A stretch of 61,983 bases of DNA, counting the filler, from Globobulimina sp. (taxonomy: Eukaryota), in NCBI GenBank assembly GCA_003354225.1. It is 24 parts of 24 records of this genome, joined end to end, with 100 filler letters (N's around TTAATTAATTAA, not from the genome) between each part and the next. Parts side by side here need not be neighbours in the genome. Positions count along the whole stretch, not along the records: positions 10,353 to 12,840 come from PIVH01006382.1; positions 12,941 to 15,427 come from PIVH01006383.1; positions 15,528 to 18,014 come from PIVH01006384.1; positions 18,115 to 20,601 come from PIVH01006385.1; positions 20,702 to 23,188 come from PIVH01006386.1; positions 23,289 to 25,775 come from PIVH01006387.1; 18 more parts are not named here. One strand, written 5' to 3'. This document shows positions 11,209 through 24,239 of this stretch, in pieces. Numbering within the stretch: the stretch's first letter is position 1; each line of letters starts with the position of its first letter. The notes beneath the pieces were generated by a model, which made no database searches, had not been told where the DNA came from, and saw only the letters and a program-made list of their open reading frames with translations. A program made the position numbers and the translations under genes.

Positions 11209-12840
11209 ATGGATATCTCAGCGAATGCATTGAGTAACAAAAAGCAGCAATGTCTGAGCAATCCAACACACTCTCGTTACATAATAACATTGAGCACATA
11301 CAAACTGATCCAGACACACTCCTCGTTCATTAAACAGCTGCTAACACAAAACAGATATACATCGCCTCTCTCGTACCAAATAATACCGCGTAGCAACACA
11401 GCAATCCGGCAATATCCGACAGATTTTATTATCATAAACATCATGCATCGAAATTCAACAACAGCAGACAACATAGTATCACTTTTGCAGCAATCCTCTG
11501 AGATAAAATACATAAATATGGACAAAATAATACATAAGAAACAGCCCAACAAACGGCACCTACTTTATTCCGATCATCAACACGCAGATTATCGCAGTGG
11601 TACGTTAATTGACAATATCTGTGAAAGGATATAGAAAAACAACATATATATATATTTCAATTCAATTAAGGTGGAAAACTGTTGAGTAAAATGATGCCAT
11701 TCGAAGATGAGCTCGCCAGCACAGAGCACCGTCGCTCATTGTTGGGTCATTTCCGCATCACCGAGCATTTGGGCGCCAAAACTTTATGGGATGACGGCTA
11801 TGATGGCAAGGATGTGAATGTGGCAGTATTTGACACTGGAATCAATGAACAACACTCTCACTTCAACCACATCGAGGAACGCACCAACTGGACAGATGAG
11901 GATCAGTTGGATGATGGTATTGGCCATGGAACATTTGTGAGTGGTATTATTGCCTCAAAATATAAGGAATGCCCAGGCTTTGCCCCCAATGCCATTCTGC
12001 ATACTTTTCGAGTGTTTACCAACCAACAAATGTCATATACTTCGTGGTTTTTAGATGCTTTTAATTATGCCATATTCCGCAAAATGAACTTATTGAATCT
12101 GTCCATTGGCGGTCCTGATTGGTTGGACATACCTTTTGTGGATAAAGTTAATTGTTTGCTTTGTGTCTGATATTGACAGATTTTGCTGATTGAACATTTG
12201 AAAGAAAGGTACGAGAGATGCAGGCAAATAATGTCATAATGATCACGGCGTGCGGCAATGATGGAAAATACGGCACTATCAACAATCCGGCGGATCAGCT
12301 GAGTGTGATTGGTGTTGGCGGAATCACTCAAAACAATGCGCAAATCGCCAACTTCCAGTCGCGTGGCATGACAACTTGGGAATTGCCATTTGGATATGGA
12401 CGGGTATGATATATATACTTTTGATATAGATAATATTATTTGTATTTGTATATATTTGTTGAGGTGAAACCAGATATTGTGACTGTTGGACAGTCTCTGT
12501 ACGGCTCGTCAATGGACGGAGGCTGCAGAACATTGAGTGGGACCTCCGTGGCCTCGCCGGTGGTGAGCGGTGTGGCCGCCTTATTAAGCTCTGTGATCCC
12601 CGCTGACATTCGATGGGATATTATCAACCCGGCCTCGTTAAAACAAATACTCATCGAATCTGCCGATCGCATGGACAATGTTCGCTTATTCGAACAAGGA
12701 AATGGTCGCATTAATCTGCAAAACGCCTATAAATACATAGTCGATTACAAAAAACATGTCTCCGCTGTTCCCGCCTCCTTAGATTTCACCCAATGTCCTC
12801 ATTTCTGGCCCTTTTGCAGACAGCCTTTGTATCACAGCTG
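11209..12840 (+). CDS. MBTPS1: Site-1 protease (SKI-1/S1P, subtilisin S8), partial; introns 11600-11670, 12147-12208, 12404-12463
   Basis: Catalytic D (VFDTG), H ([11 protein letters not shown]) and S (GTSVASPVV); [37 protein letters not shown] prodomain site. All three GT-AG introns restore the frame. Confidence 0.93.
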
Positions 12841-12940
12841 NNNNNNNNNNNNNNNNNNNNNNNNNNNNNNNNNNNNNNNNNNNNTTAATTAATTAANNNN
12901 NNNNNNNNNNNNNNNNNNNNNNNNNNNNNNNNNNNNNNNN

Positions 12941-13057
12941 CACATTTTTTGCGGAACAGAATTGTGGAGTTTTTGCTATGTTTTATGGAACAATCATTGC
13001 GGAAATGTCAACGTGATATGTAGTTAGTTTATGGAACAGGTTTTTGAATTGCGGAAA
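12941..13057 (+). repeat. 117-bp exact direct repeat at contig start (copy 1)
   Basis: Identical to 15311-15427 (cacattttttgcggaac...gaattgcggaaa). Confidence 0.95.
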
Positions 13058-13189
13058 CGAAAAGCGGATAATATATACAGCTCCGCAAAATGCTTTTTCA
13101 AGTTAGCTTTTTTGACGAAGAAAATAAAATAAATTAAATAAAACATGTTTTGACCACCAGTTGTGATTCGACTGTAGCATTTGATTCGA

Positions 13190-13780
13190 ATTTGGAAGCG
13201 TGGCATGCGGATGATCTGTTTGTGTTGGTATTTGATGTGAGGCATGCAGATGGTCTGTTTGTGTTGGTATTGAATCACGTTATTGTTGCTTGTAAGATTG
13301 CCTGTGTATAATGAATGTGTGTTTGTGTGTGTTCGAATAATTGTTAAAAAGTAACTCTATACCTTCTTGCAGCATGCCAAGCACTCATGTTGAGTTGAGC
13401 AAAGAAGCAAAGATGAAAATAAAGTTTTTTTTATCAAAATTTTTATTTACAATTTTTAAGAATTATTTTTATTCGCATTTTGGTGTTGGTATTGGATGCG
13501 TGGCATGCGGATGGTTCTGTTTGTGTTGGTATTGGATGCGTGGCATGCGGATGATCTGTTTTTGTTGGTATTGGATGCGTGGCATTCGGAGGATCAGTTT
13601 GTGTTGGTATTGGATGTGCGGAGGATCTGTTTGTGTTGGTATTGAATCACGTTATTGCCTGTGTATAATGAATGTGTGTTTGTGTGTGTTCGAATCACTG
13701 TTAAAAAGTAACTCTATACCTTCTTGCAGCATGCCAAGCACTCATGTTGAGTTGAGCAAAGATGAAAATAAAGTTTTTTT
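13190..13780. repeat. Degenerate ~36-bp minisatellite plus duplicated ~150-bp block
   Basis: Units like tgtttgtgttggtattggatgcgtggcatgcggatgatc; block about 13254-13430 recurs at about 13627-13780. Confidence 0.85.
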
Positions 13781-14418
13781 TACAGTGAAGTAAGCTTAAA
13801 ATGACGTTTTTTCGTACATCACCATAATGCTGTCTGCATCTCGTGACACAAAGCTCAATCTTCGATGTCCAGATTCTAAATTATCATGGTTACAACGTGG
13901 ATGCATTACAAATTCTAATTTGGTCAATTACAATCATGAAAAATGGGCAAATATTAAATTACAATCATGAAGTATTAGAAATACAAGAGAATGATGAAGA
14001 AATTATAGCACATCTCGTAAAGGATTTAATTTCAATCATTATCGTGAAATTTTTATTTCGAAACGTATCGATTTGCGCGAGTTCTACTCATTATATCTAT
14101 CATCTGACAGAACCATCTGACACAACATCATGGAACATGATTATATGCTTTATTTTGCGTTTTAAGCTCATTCATTCCAAACTTAATATCCAGACTTAAT
14201 TCCAAGACTTAATATCCAAACTTAATATCAAGCATAGTTATTAACCCGAGTTTAAACATTAAAACTTTTATGGAAGACATACGATGATCCAAAGTCCAAA
14301 CCTAAGCAAAAATTGAAACGTTCTTGAAATACATGTATATCCAAATGAAAATAGGAAGAAGCTAGCATAGTAGAAGTACGATACAAAGCACAATTTTACT
14401 TGTCATGTCATGTACAAA

Positions 14419-15190
14419 TTACTCCCCACCATCTTCATTCCTACATTTCCAACACATTTTTTCATTTCCAGGTCCACCATAAACCAACTGTCCACGGATC
14501 CTACTTTCATGACTATTCCTCCATTCATCGACACTAAAATTCAAATCCGCTCTATGTATGAACCTCTTTGGATACTGCGGTATCTCAAACTCCTTTCCAT
14601 CAACACCTTCCTCAATGTTATACACTTTATGCAATTCATTAAACTCCTGCACCCGGTCATGTTTATAAAAATGAAAACTGACCGCATGCTTTGCACAGCA
14701 TTCCTGTGCAATGCCTAATGTCTTCGGTTTCAAATGAAAATACCAAAACTTACTTCTCCACCTCAACCGTTTATGGTATTTCTCCCGAAATGGACTGAAC
14801 CGCTCTCGATTATATTTATCCAATGTATTGGTGGGATCAATGCCAATCGAATGCAAACAAACGCCCATCGAAGGATCCTCAAAAGCGCCCGGCCGCTGCA
14901 CACATAAACACTTACAAGCTTCGCCTTTCTCCTTTCGAACAGGCGACGGGTTCTGAAACGAATCGCTCTCAAATAAAGTGAGCAATTTCGTCAACGCTCC
15001 ACGTGATAACGCATAACAACTGCCAGCATTAAACACAATGTTGCGAGTCCTCCATAAATGCATCAGTGTATTGCCAAAATACCAAGCTTTGTTTGGATTG
15101 AAATATCGCGCAAAACCTTTGAAGTTTATCGGACTGAAAAAAGTGTCATCGTCAATTTTGAGGAACCATCGGGCACCCAACGCATCCACG
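14419..15190 (-). CDS. GT31 family glycosyltransferase (core-1 beta-1,3-galactosyltransferase-like), 5'-truncated
   Basis: WFLKIDDDTF, WYFG, NAGSCYALSRGAL, EDPSMGVCL, RERFSPF, ECCAKHAVSFHF. No signal anchor; the 5' part is replaced by unrelated sequence. Confidence 0.85.
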
Positions 15191-15310
15191 ATTATATTAT
15201 GGAGGCGTATCTCAAGTAACGCCAAGGAATTCGTATGATTTCGATGAGGATTTTGCAATGTTAAAGATTGATTATTGCATTGATGCATATTCAATTGGAC
15301 TAAAAATCGG

Positions 15311-15427
15311 CACATTTTTTGCGGAACAGAATTGTGGAGTTTTTGCTATGTTTTATGGAACAATCATTGCGGAAATGTCAACGTGATATGTAGTTAGTTT
15401 ATGGAACAGGTTTTTGAATTGCGGAAA
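15311..15427 (+). repeat. 117-bp exact direct repeat at contig end (copy 2)
   Basis: Identical to 12941-13057. Confidence 0.95.
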
Positions 15428-15777
15428 NNNNNNNNNNNNNNNNNNNNNNNNNNNNNNNNNNNNNNNNNNNNTTAATTAATTAANNNNNNNNNNNNNNNNN
15501 NNNNNNNNNNNNNNNNNNNNNNNNNNNTACATTTTCATATCAATAATCCGCGTTATCTTTCAATAATAGATACTTTACATCTTAAAATGTCTACAACTTT
15601 TTCTACAACAAACAGAGTTCATTTCAAAAAGGTAACGTTTTTACGAAAAGAGCCAAGTCAAAAAAGTCCGCTAACTTCAATTTCATCCAAAAACTAAAAA
15701 AAAATTGTTTGACACGTACAAATAAAACCATATATTAATAGTACAATGATAGGGGAAAAAACACAGTGTCTCTACAA

Positions 15778-17939
15778 TCAATTATTTGCCAATTTGATCA
15801 CATTGAGTTGTATGGGTGGTTTGGAGGTAACATCTTCCGCAGAAACAAGCATAATACAATTCCTATCCACATGGACCGCAATCACAATTTTCGTATCCCG
15901 TTTCGGTCTCGCCTCAATATTCACAATTTTAAACACTCCAATCAAGCGACATAACTTATTATTATTCGACTCTCCTTCATAGAATTTCATCTTATACGTC
16001 GTCTGCTTATTATAATAGGTATACCGTGTCACAGTTTTCTTACATGGACACGTATTTTGTGCAGCAATAATCAATGTATTCTCGATATTATTTGTAGTCG
16101 CATCTTCCATCCGAATCGAATATGGCAACAACTCCAAACTGATGGGCGAAGATAATAATTCCTGATCCACTGCAATAACAATGGCACAACCTCGACAAAT
16201 ATATAACTGTTTCATATTCGCATCGCCACTCTCATTCACATTAAAAAATAAATTAAATAACGAGATAACTTGTGGTATATTGCCGCCATCGCCAATCAAA
16301 ATACATTCATCAATCTTATGTTTATCTTGTTTTAATTGGTGATATTCTTGCAATATTTTGTCAATACAGTTCATAATATTAAACAAGAATGGATTCAAAG
16401 CAATTTCGTACAATTTGCCAGTGGTTAATACCAATTGCAGCGAGAAGGTACGATAAAATCTCTCATAATGAATTTGAACCTCTTCATTGGCATATTGGTC
16501 ATGCAAATGTTCCACGATGGTATCACATAACATTTGTGACCGAAATCTACATTTTAAAGCTTCTTCGTTATAGTTATATTCTTCCTGTTCATCGTCGTCG
16601 TCTTCATTGCTTTCAATGGCTTCAATCTCTTCTAATTGGCGGTACACAAATGTATTATTCTTATAATCGTATTTGGATAGGTTTTTAAGTCTATTTTTAT
16701 CGCTGCTGATGTTTATATGCGGTCGATAATAGCCACAATATCCATCGACAAAGGACTGAATCACATACAATGAGAAGGCATTGATCATTTTCCAGATGCC
16801 ATAATTTATATTTCCTGAACAATAACGAGCACGGATGAGATTTATATGTTTCTTTTCTTTGCATTCTATAATGGAAATGGAACACGCTATGTTTGATATA
16901 TCCGCGATCAAATAACATTTGTTTTTCTTTCTTTTTTTGTGTTTATTTTTAGCTTTCTTGCCTTTTTTTTTATCTTTGCTGTCTATGTTATTATTGTTAG
17001 TGCTATGATGTCCATTTAACTGCAAACCGTTTTTATAATATCCATTATTGGTATTGGGGGAATAGCCATTCTTATCATAAACATACGGCCGATTGTTATA
17101 ATCATACTCGTTCTCATGCTTACTTTCTTCATTATTGTTAGTATGAGCCTCGTTGTTCTTGTTTTTTTCTTCTAGTTTTCGCATTTTTATCTGACTATGG
17201 CTCAAATAGACGGATGCTGCCATGCATGAGGTCACTAGTCGTAATGGCTCAATATTCACTTCCTTTGCCGCCTGCAACAATGCCTTTTTATAATTAATAT
17301 TATATATTTATGATACATTGTATGTGTGCAAGGATAACACAGTGAACATACCAATCGTTGTAATTGTCCAAATGTATTAGGTATTGATATGGCGACGTGG
17401 GCAATGGGACAACCAATTTTGTCCTGAGCTTCCTTCATTATATAGTCTAAGAATTGTGATACAATTTCAATGATGGTGAAGACGTGCGGTTCATTGGAAG
17501 AGGAGGTGAAGTTTATAGGAATGCCAATATCTTCCTCAATTAAGGGATATTTAGGTATTTGCGGATGTTTTATGCGATCGATTTTAATAATTTTATAGGT
17601 GACATGCTTTATGAATTGCTGTACCGATTTATCGTTATATTTCTTGCCTAATAAGCCGAAAAATTGATAGATGGAATTGTTTATATTGGTGATGGAATGT
17701 CGAATGGCTTCTGCACCGTAATAGGTCTCGTTTTGTGTGAATGTTACTAAGGATGGGATTTTAACCATTAAATCGTTGAAGTCGCCATTTTCAATGCAAG
17801 ATACTGAACACCATCGTTGTCCTAAACGAATACCAATGGCAATGCGTTCTGCTCTATAGATGTCGAAATCAGATGGGTTGTGATATGACCAGTCTCCTGA
17901 ATGATGCAATCTGTGTCCTACGCCGTCGGGCATGAACAT
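15778..17939 (-). CDS. Highly divergent Hsp70-family protein; intron 17284-17351
   Basis: IAIGIRLG (for GIDLG), IPSLVTF, IPNTFGQLQR-ALLQAA, LIGDGGNIPQV, LLPYSI, KFYEGE...LIGVFKIVNIEARPK..KIVIAVHVDRNCIMLVSAED (substrate-binding beta domain). Confidence 0.85.
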
Positions 17940-18218
17940 GGTTAAGTAGAAAAGATTCAAGAATGATATCAAAACATGTCAAAATATCTTCGTCACAACG
18001 GATATCACACATGCNNNNNNNNNNNNNNNNNNNNNNNNNNNNNNNNNNNNNNNNNNNNTTAATTAATTAANNNNNNNNNNNNNNNNNNNNNNNNNNNNNN
18101 NNNNNNNNNNNNNNTTTGATGTTTTGGGGGCTCACTACAAGATAAATATCAATCTGTCTTAAAAAAAATCCCTAAAATCCGATGGAAAACTTAAATAATT
18201 GACAAAACAAAAAAAAAA

Positions 18219-20601
18219 TCATTCATTTAATTTGTCATTGAAACGCTCCAAAGCGTTTAACGTAGAAAATTTCCATCGGTCAACTTGATCATCATCCGTA
18301 TTACATGAATTTGTGGCGTCCGCTTTGTGTTTTTGTGGTGATTCGTGTCCATATTTGCATGATACATATACATTTTCTTTGTTTTTTCCAAATCTTTTAT
18401 CTTTTCTTCTTTTTTTATATGCTTCACTTCTTTCTCTTATTCGCTTGTTTCTTCTTTCCCTCTCTCTCTGTTTCATTTTCTTCTTTTGGCGATCATTTAT
18501 ATCCATATTAATCAAATCAAATCTATCCGATATCATTTGCTGTTCGCCGACATTATATAATGATGTCGCTGTGTTTATATATGATACATAATCCTTATAT
18601 GATACATGTGTTTTTTTATCAGATATTGAACATAATAATCCATTAAAACATTCATTTACATTGCTATTGAATGCAATGAAAAGTCCTTCCAATAAATCAT
18701 CAGTCAGATAGTCATTAAAATATTTCTGCATACAATTAAAATATCCCTTGCTTGATGGATATGCGCTCGGTTTCCCATTTTTATCCAAATAGTTCTTTGA
18801 TATATATATTTCGCCGGGTTTTGCACGGCAATAAGAAGTATATTTATTATACGGGGCTTTGCGACAATTTCCGTGCCCGTAACATATATGAATTAACATG
18901 GCAGCCAATTCGGCTCTGGTTTCATCAAAATATGTACGATCCAATGCAAAATTATTAGTTTGATATGCTCGCTTTCGTCTTCTTAATATTTTCGTTGTCC
19001 ATTTATATAAAATACCACGATGTTTCTTGGATTGCGGGTGCGTAAATTTTGAGTTATCCGCTTTCCCGGCTTTCCATATATTTTTTCCTTTTCCTTTCTT
19101 AGAATCCACTCCTTTGCCAATAAATGCTTTCAAACAATGATTGAAATCATTTGCTTTCTTCGTTTTCGTATTCTTTTTCTTATTCACTTCTAATAATTTC
19201 TTATTAGACGGTGTGTCTAAATCTTTCGTAGCGATATCACACGGCAGACCGGCGTCCGCTAAATGTCCCAACATCACACCCAATCCATCCGTCTCTATGG
19301 CACCAGCTGATTTATAATGATTTTTGCCATACCGCGATCCACGGTTTCTATGGTAATTTGCGACTACTTTGCTGTACACACAAACAAAAAGCAAACTAAT
19401 ATCAAACACACAAAAATGAAACAAACAAAGCAAACTGAGCTTGTCATGCAATGTCAACATAAAAGCCTTCAAAAGTTTTTCACTAACATCATTTTAAATG
19501 ATGGACTCACTCTGAAACACAAAAACGCAAAAACGTACCTATTTTTTTGTGTGCGAGGATCGATATTTTCTAATTTTAATATTGCCGTTGCTTGACCCAA
19601 ATTGGAGCCAAATCCTTGCGTATTATACGACCCATCGATACCTAAATTTGTGTCTTTTCCGGTTGCTTTTTTATCTTTGATTCCTTCTTCAATTGCTTCG
19701 TCCATATATTTTGTTGCCAATTCACTGCTTTTTTCATCTGCGGCATCTTTGTATCTTCGATATGTATTCTTTGCCATATTCGGCAGTCCAAAATAAACAT
19801 CAAATTTATCGCCCAATGAATATCGCAGTTTGCAATGCTGCGTCAATGATGCCAATCTCATACCATTTTTATAATAAAGTTTGCCGCCAATCTTCGTTTT
19901 CTCTCCAAATAAAAATTGGCAGACATACCAACCACATTGACACGCGATATCACATGACATTGTATACGCTGTCGATGTGTTGTTGTAACCGCGCAATATC
20001 GCTACGGTACATGTACACTGCTTCAATAATGTGTCATCATTCTTATTATTCACAAACTTATTCATATCAAATAATATATTCTGATACATCCCAATAAATG
20101 CAAAATCCACTAAACCGAAGCCACTGAGCGGTGTCAATGCTATTTTCTTCCCACTTTTCAAGTTATGGGACAACGGTCGGTCTGGCCGTCTATAATTACG
20201 TGCTGTGGCCGGTGTGCATACGGCGGAAGGAACGGATTTTCGGCGTAACCGAATCCGTTTCATTGCTTCATTCATTTTTTCTGTTCGTGAGCGCCGCTCC
20301 GAAACAGTTACTATGCGCTCTTCTAATCGTTGAGGGAACGCGGTGATGGCACATTCAATGCCTTTTTTATTTGCTGCACTGTCATAAAAGAAGTCAATAA
20401 ATGCATTTTTGTCTTTGTTAATTAATTCCATCCATTTACTTTCATCCACGACCAATAACTGAGCTAAAAATTTCATTTTCTTTTTCTTTAATGTGCTAAT
20501 TGACCATTTTCGATCCTTCATATTGCTATATTTTGTATATTGGTTTGTGTGTAAATGGTATTTACCATTTTGCTTATAATGCACAAAAACAACAAATAAC
20601 A
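18219..20601 (-). mobile_element. Mutator-like (MULE) DNA transposon transposase, 5'-truncated; intron 19372-19538
   Basis: LGIDGSYNTQGFGS, SAGAIETDG, KDLD, DFNHCLK and NSNVNECFNGLL..KK match the DG(S/T)W..RG / S..ME / DGD / C..H / T.NES.N layout of Mutator-like transposases. A 167-nt GT-AG intron joins the two ORFs. Confidence 0.8.
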
Positions 20602-21074
20602 NNNNNNNNNNNNNNNNNNNNNNNNNNNNNNNNNNNNNNNNNNNNTTAATTAATTAANNNNNNNNNNNNNNNNNNNNNNNNNNNNNNNNNNNNNNNNNNN
20701 NGAGGTAGCGAGCAAAAAATTGGTGAAAGAGAAAAAAGAAATATTTTGCATGATTATGGTTCACGGTATATGCGTAGTTCTGCGCGAAGTTCGGCGCATA
20801 ATGAGTTGTAACACACATAATTTATGATTAGTTTACGCATTTGCATACTTTTATAAATTGTACCACAAAATTTTATTCTGAAATCAATTGTTTTCCACTC
20901 CTACTTTGTAAGAAGGAATTTGTTACACGCTTTTAAAGGTTGAATGAATCAGTGAGCGGTTTTTTGATAGCTATGTAAGAGATAGCTATGTAATTTAGGA
21001 TTATGTCTACAGTTTATAATTAACACAATTAATTTAACAAAAAATCAAAAAGTCGCAAAACGTTACTTATTAAG

Positions 21075-23188
21075 TTATTGTCCATCATTTACGGCAGCTA
21101 ACAATCGACTATTTGGCATTATTTTATGTGACTCACTATTTCTATTCACATTGTTACTACGCTTATGATGATTGATTGGTTCCTTTATATTTTCAGGCGA
21201 CGCTAATTTCAATGCTTGAAAACATTTTACATTCCAAAATAGGAAATATTCCACCACACACAAAGTAGCAATATGTCCCACCAATATTATAATCCTCAAA
21301 CCGGATAAATCCGATGTTTGACAATTCTCTGATTGTAACTTCCACACAAAACTAAATGAATACGACACTAAAATCGTCGATAAATAATACAATATCGCAA
21401 TATAAAAATTAAAATATTTAAACATCTGCGACGATGGACACGATGTATGCAACACAAACAACTCACAAAGTGTTAAAACAACCGGCGTGAAAGGCGGGAT
21501 AATCACCAATGAATAATCAAACGTATCGAAATACGCAAACCATGGAATAATACACATAGCGGAACAGATTAGATTTACGCAAAAAAACCAATACGACAGC
21601 GGACGAATCCGGGTGTGATCCAATGAGAACTCGGCTAAATATGCATTCCGTATATTTTTACCAATGAATATCGAAGGCGATATAAATTTATATATGGCAA
21701 ATATGCCAAAGATACTGATAAACGATACCAACCCCAACAGTATGACAAACACAGTGATATCAAACGAAGTGCTGAACGATTCATCATTGTCCAAATCAAA
21801 TTTCAATAAATAAATAGGCCCAGAATTCACTTTACATGTAACATCCTGGCAGTTTATAATCACACTCCCATTGAATATGCCGCCACCGCTCCCGCTCTGA
21901 TCCATGACTTGCGAGAATATAACCAATGATTGTTGCGATATATACGGTGAAGCAGACACCGATATTTGCATCGAAATGGTCTCAAATTGGCCATTGGATA
22001 CAATGGCTTGCGTCGGATGGTTGTAATACAAATCCGTGCAATTCCAGGTCGCCAGGTTGTAATTGCAAGACATACTCATTAAACTGCTGGAATTCTCAAA
22101 AAAAATGATAGTGGGCAAACAATCCGGTTTTGACGAGATTACAATCTGCGGGAAATCGATGGTTTTCACTCTCCGCACGCCGTAATACATTTTATTGGCG
22201 GAATTGCAGAATATATTAAAACAATACAACAACCATAATTCATCCACATTGATATTGCCGTTTCCGGTGCTCATTATATACGCGGTGATGAACAAAGGTA
22301 AGCCCGTGGTCTCTGAGGAGGGGCCATATTGAATCATGGAAATGGTGTTGGTTTTTAGGCCATAAATATTGCTCACAACGGTTGAATTTAATTCTTTGCC
22401 AATGGATGGATTATCGCCGTATGAGTCGCAACTGTCTACTAATTTGGAGGAGGATAACCCGCACGTTCCCACTACCAAAACGTACACGTTCTTGTAGAGG
22501 ATGGTGCCGTTGTTGGTGATATTGACATTTCTGCAGAACATTACGGTCACGAAGTTAGCTTCGGAGCTGTAGGTTTCTTGGATGGCGACGGAACCTTTGC
22601 CGACCGAGCCGGCGCCGCCAGGTTTTATGCCTATGTATGGATTATACCATTTATATAATATGCGAGTGCGAGGATAAAATGTGAGAGAGAAAATACCCAA
22701 TGTGACATAGGGTGGATTGGAGGCAAAGGAGGAGCGTGGTTTGCCGACCCAAGTGTGGCAATAAAAGTCTTTGCATATTATGACATTTAATATGAATTGT
22801 TTCAATGTGTGCGAGTATTTGGAATATGTGAACATAGGATAACGGTTTTGAGAGCGTAAATCGTTGTATGTCGCTAAGGATATTGAAGAGCCAAAGGTTT
22901 TGCTGAGAGCGTCTGAGTTAAAGGAGGTTTCAATCACAATTTCGTCCATCGTCTCTTTACTGCACGCTTTGTCGTAACAGATGATGAATGAGATGGAGTT
23001 TGAGTTTGGTTTGGCGGTTAATGAGCCATATCCGATGACGATATAATATGTGCAATGTAGTTGTTTGCCGGCGAGACCGCCTGTTCCTGGCACGTGTTTG
23101 GCGCATGAATGGTAGGGAGATGTTTTAGGGTCGATGGCGATTAAGGAGGATGAATATAATTTTACGTCACATTTTAATGTTTAGATCG
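21075..23188 (-). CDS. Large ectodomain plus multi-TM membrane protein, 5'-truncated
   Basis: More than 672 aa; repeated (I/Y)CxxxxC motifs in a beta-rich ectodomain; about 5 hydrophobic helices at the C-terminus. Confidence 0.7.
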
Positions 23189-23288
23189 NNNNNNNNNNNN
23201 NNNNNNNNNNNNNNNNNNNNNNNNNNNNNNNNTTAATTAATTAANNNNNNNNNNNNNNNNNNNNNNNNNNNNNNNNNNNNNNNNNNNN

Positions 23289-23719
23289 AAATAATATTGA
23301 ATTGTTTAGGATATTTCCGTGTGGATTATTTTTGATTAACATTGAATTTGTAACAATTGTATATCCATCAAAAATATCAAAATCTAAATCAATGTTAGAT
23401 ACTAAAAATGGTGGCGCTAAATAGTCCGATCTACGAATAACATGATGACTCTGTTTCTGGTTTTAATTATAATTATATTGCAATGTTTTGATTGTTTCAA
23501 TTTATAAAAAATAATTTTAACGTTTTCAGATGATTGAGATGATGAAAAGTGTTTTCTTTTGACTTTGCTCTCATTGTATTGTGTCAGTGATTTTCGTTTG
23601 AATGTATTGATTGATGATATTATGTTTCGTCTGTTGACGACGCCGAACAATCTGGACGCGTTTCTATTGTATTTATTCATCATTTTCTGGAAATTTTTAC
23701 TTTGCATTCTCGAGAGCAT
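23289..23719 (-). CDS. pepN: M1 aminopeptidase N (PepN-type), N-terminal part with transit-peptide-like leader; intron 23457-23521
   Basis: After splicing it reads ...SSSQSSEN-KQSHHVIRRSDYLAPPFLVSNIDLDFDIFDGYTIV, the PepN start (R.DY..P.F....DLDF). The leader is rich in Arg/Ser/Lys and poor in acidic residues. Confidence 0.8.
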
Positions 23720-23909
23720 TGTGTTGCGGAAAATGAAAAACAAAGGCGTCGGACATTAACAATGACTCCTACCAAATTAAAAGTGTCTAAACAAGGTTGG
23801 AATGTCTAATAAAAACAATATGGAAATGGATGATGGTTTATTGAGACTTCCATTTCCTTGTTGTCAACAAAACACCAAAATGAATATAATTTTGGATCTA
23901 AATACAAAA

Positions 23910-24155
23910 TTACGATCCTTCAATCTCATGCATGCCCAGACTTTCCATTGATTCATTTTTCATCAATTCATTGCTCATTCTACATTTTAAATACCGTTGA
24001 ATTATATCTTTACATCTATATGCCTCTCCATTATGCCGTTTGATGCATGATAAATATGCATATTCTGCTTTCGTGCATTCCTGTAAGTGATCCAATGGAA
24101 ACGCTCCTTTCATTGGAGGTTTGGTTCCTGATCTCGCGATCGGTTGACTTGACAT
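23910..24155 (-). CDS. COX19: Cytochrome c oxidase assembly factor COX19 (twin CX9C-type CHCH)
   Basis: PPMKGAFPLDHLQEC...YLSC...C...YLKCRM..ELM......LG is the COX19 signature. Confidence 0.92.
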   Translation of the reverse strand: MSSQPIARSGTKPPMKGAFPLDHLQECTKAEYAYLSCIKRHNGEAYRCKDIIQRYLKCRMSNELMKNESMESLGMHEIEGS

Positions 24156-24239
24156 TAGAGCTGAAACATATATCCGATGTTTGGAGAAAAAAGATCCAAA
24201 GTAGAATGCTTAAAAAATAATAAAATATCAATAAAAATA

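Noticed and set aside
13341-13793. 150-aa Cys/Trp-rich ORF
   Set aside because: It is the translation of a minisatellite and a duplicated block, not a credible protein.
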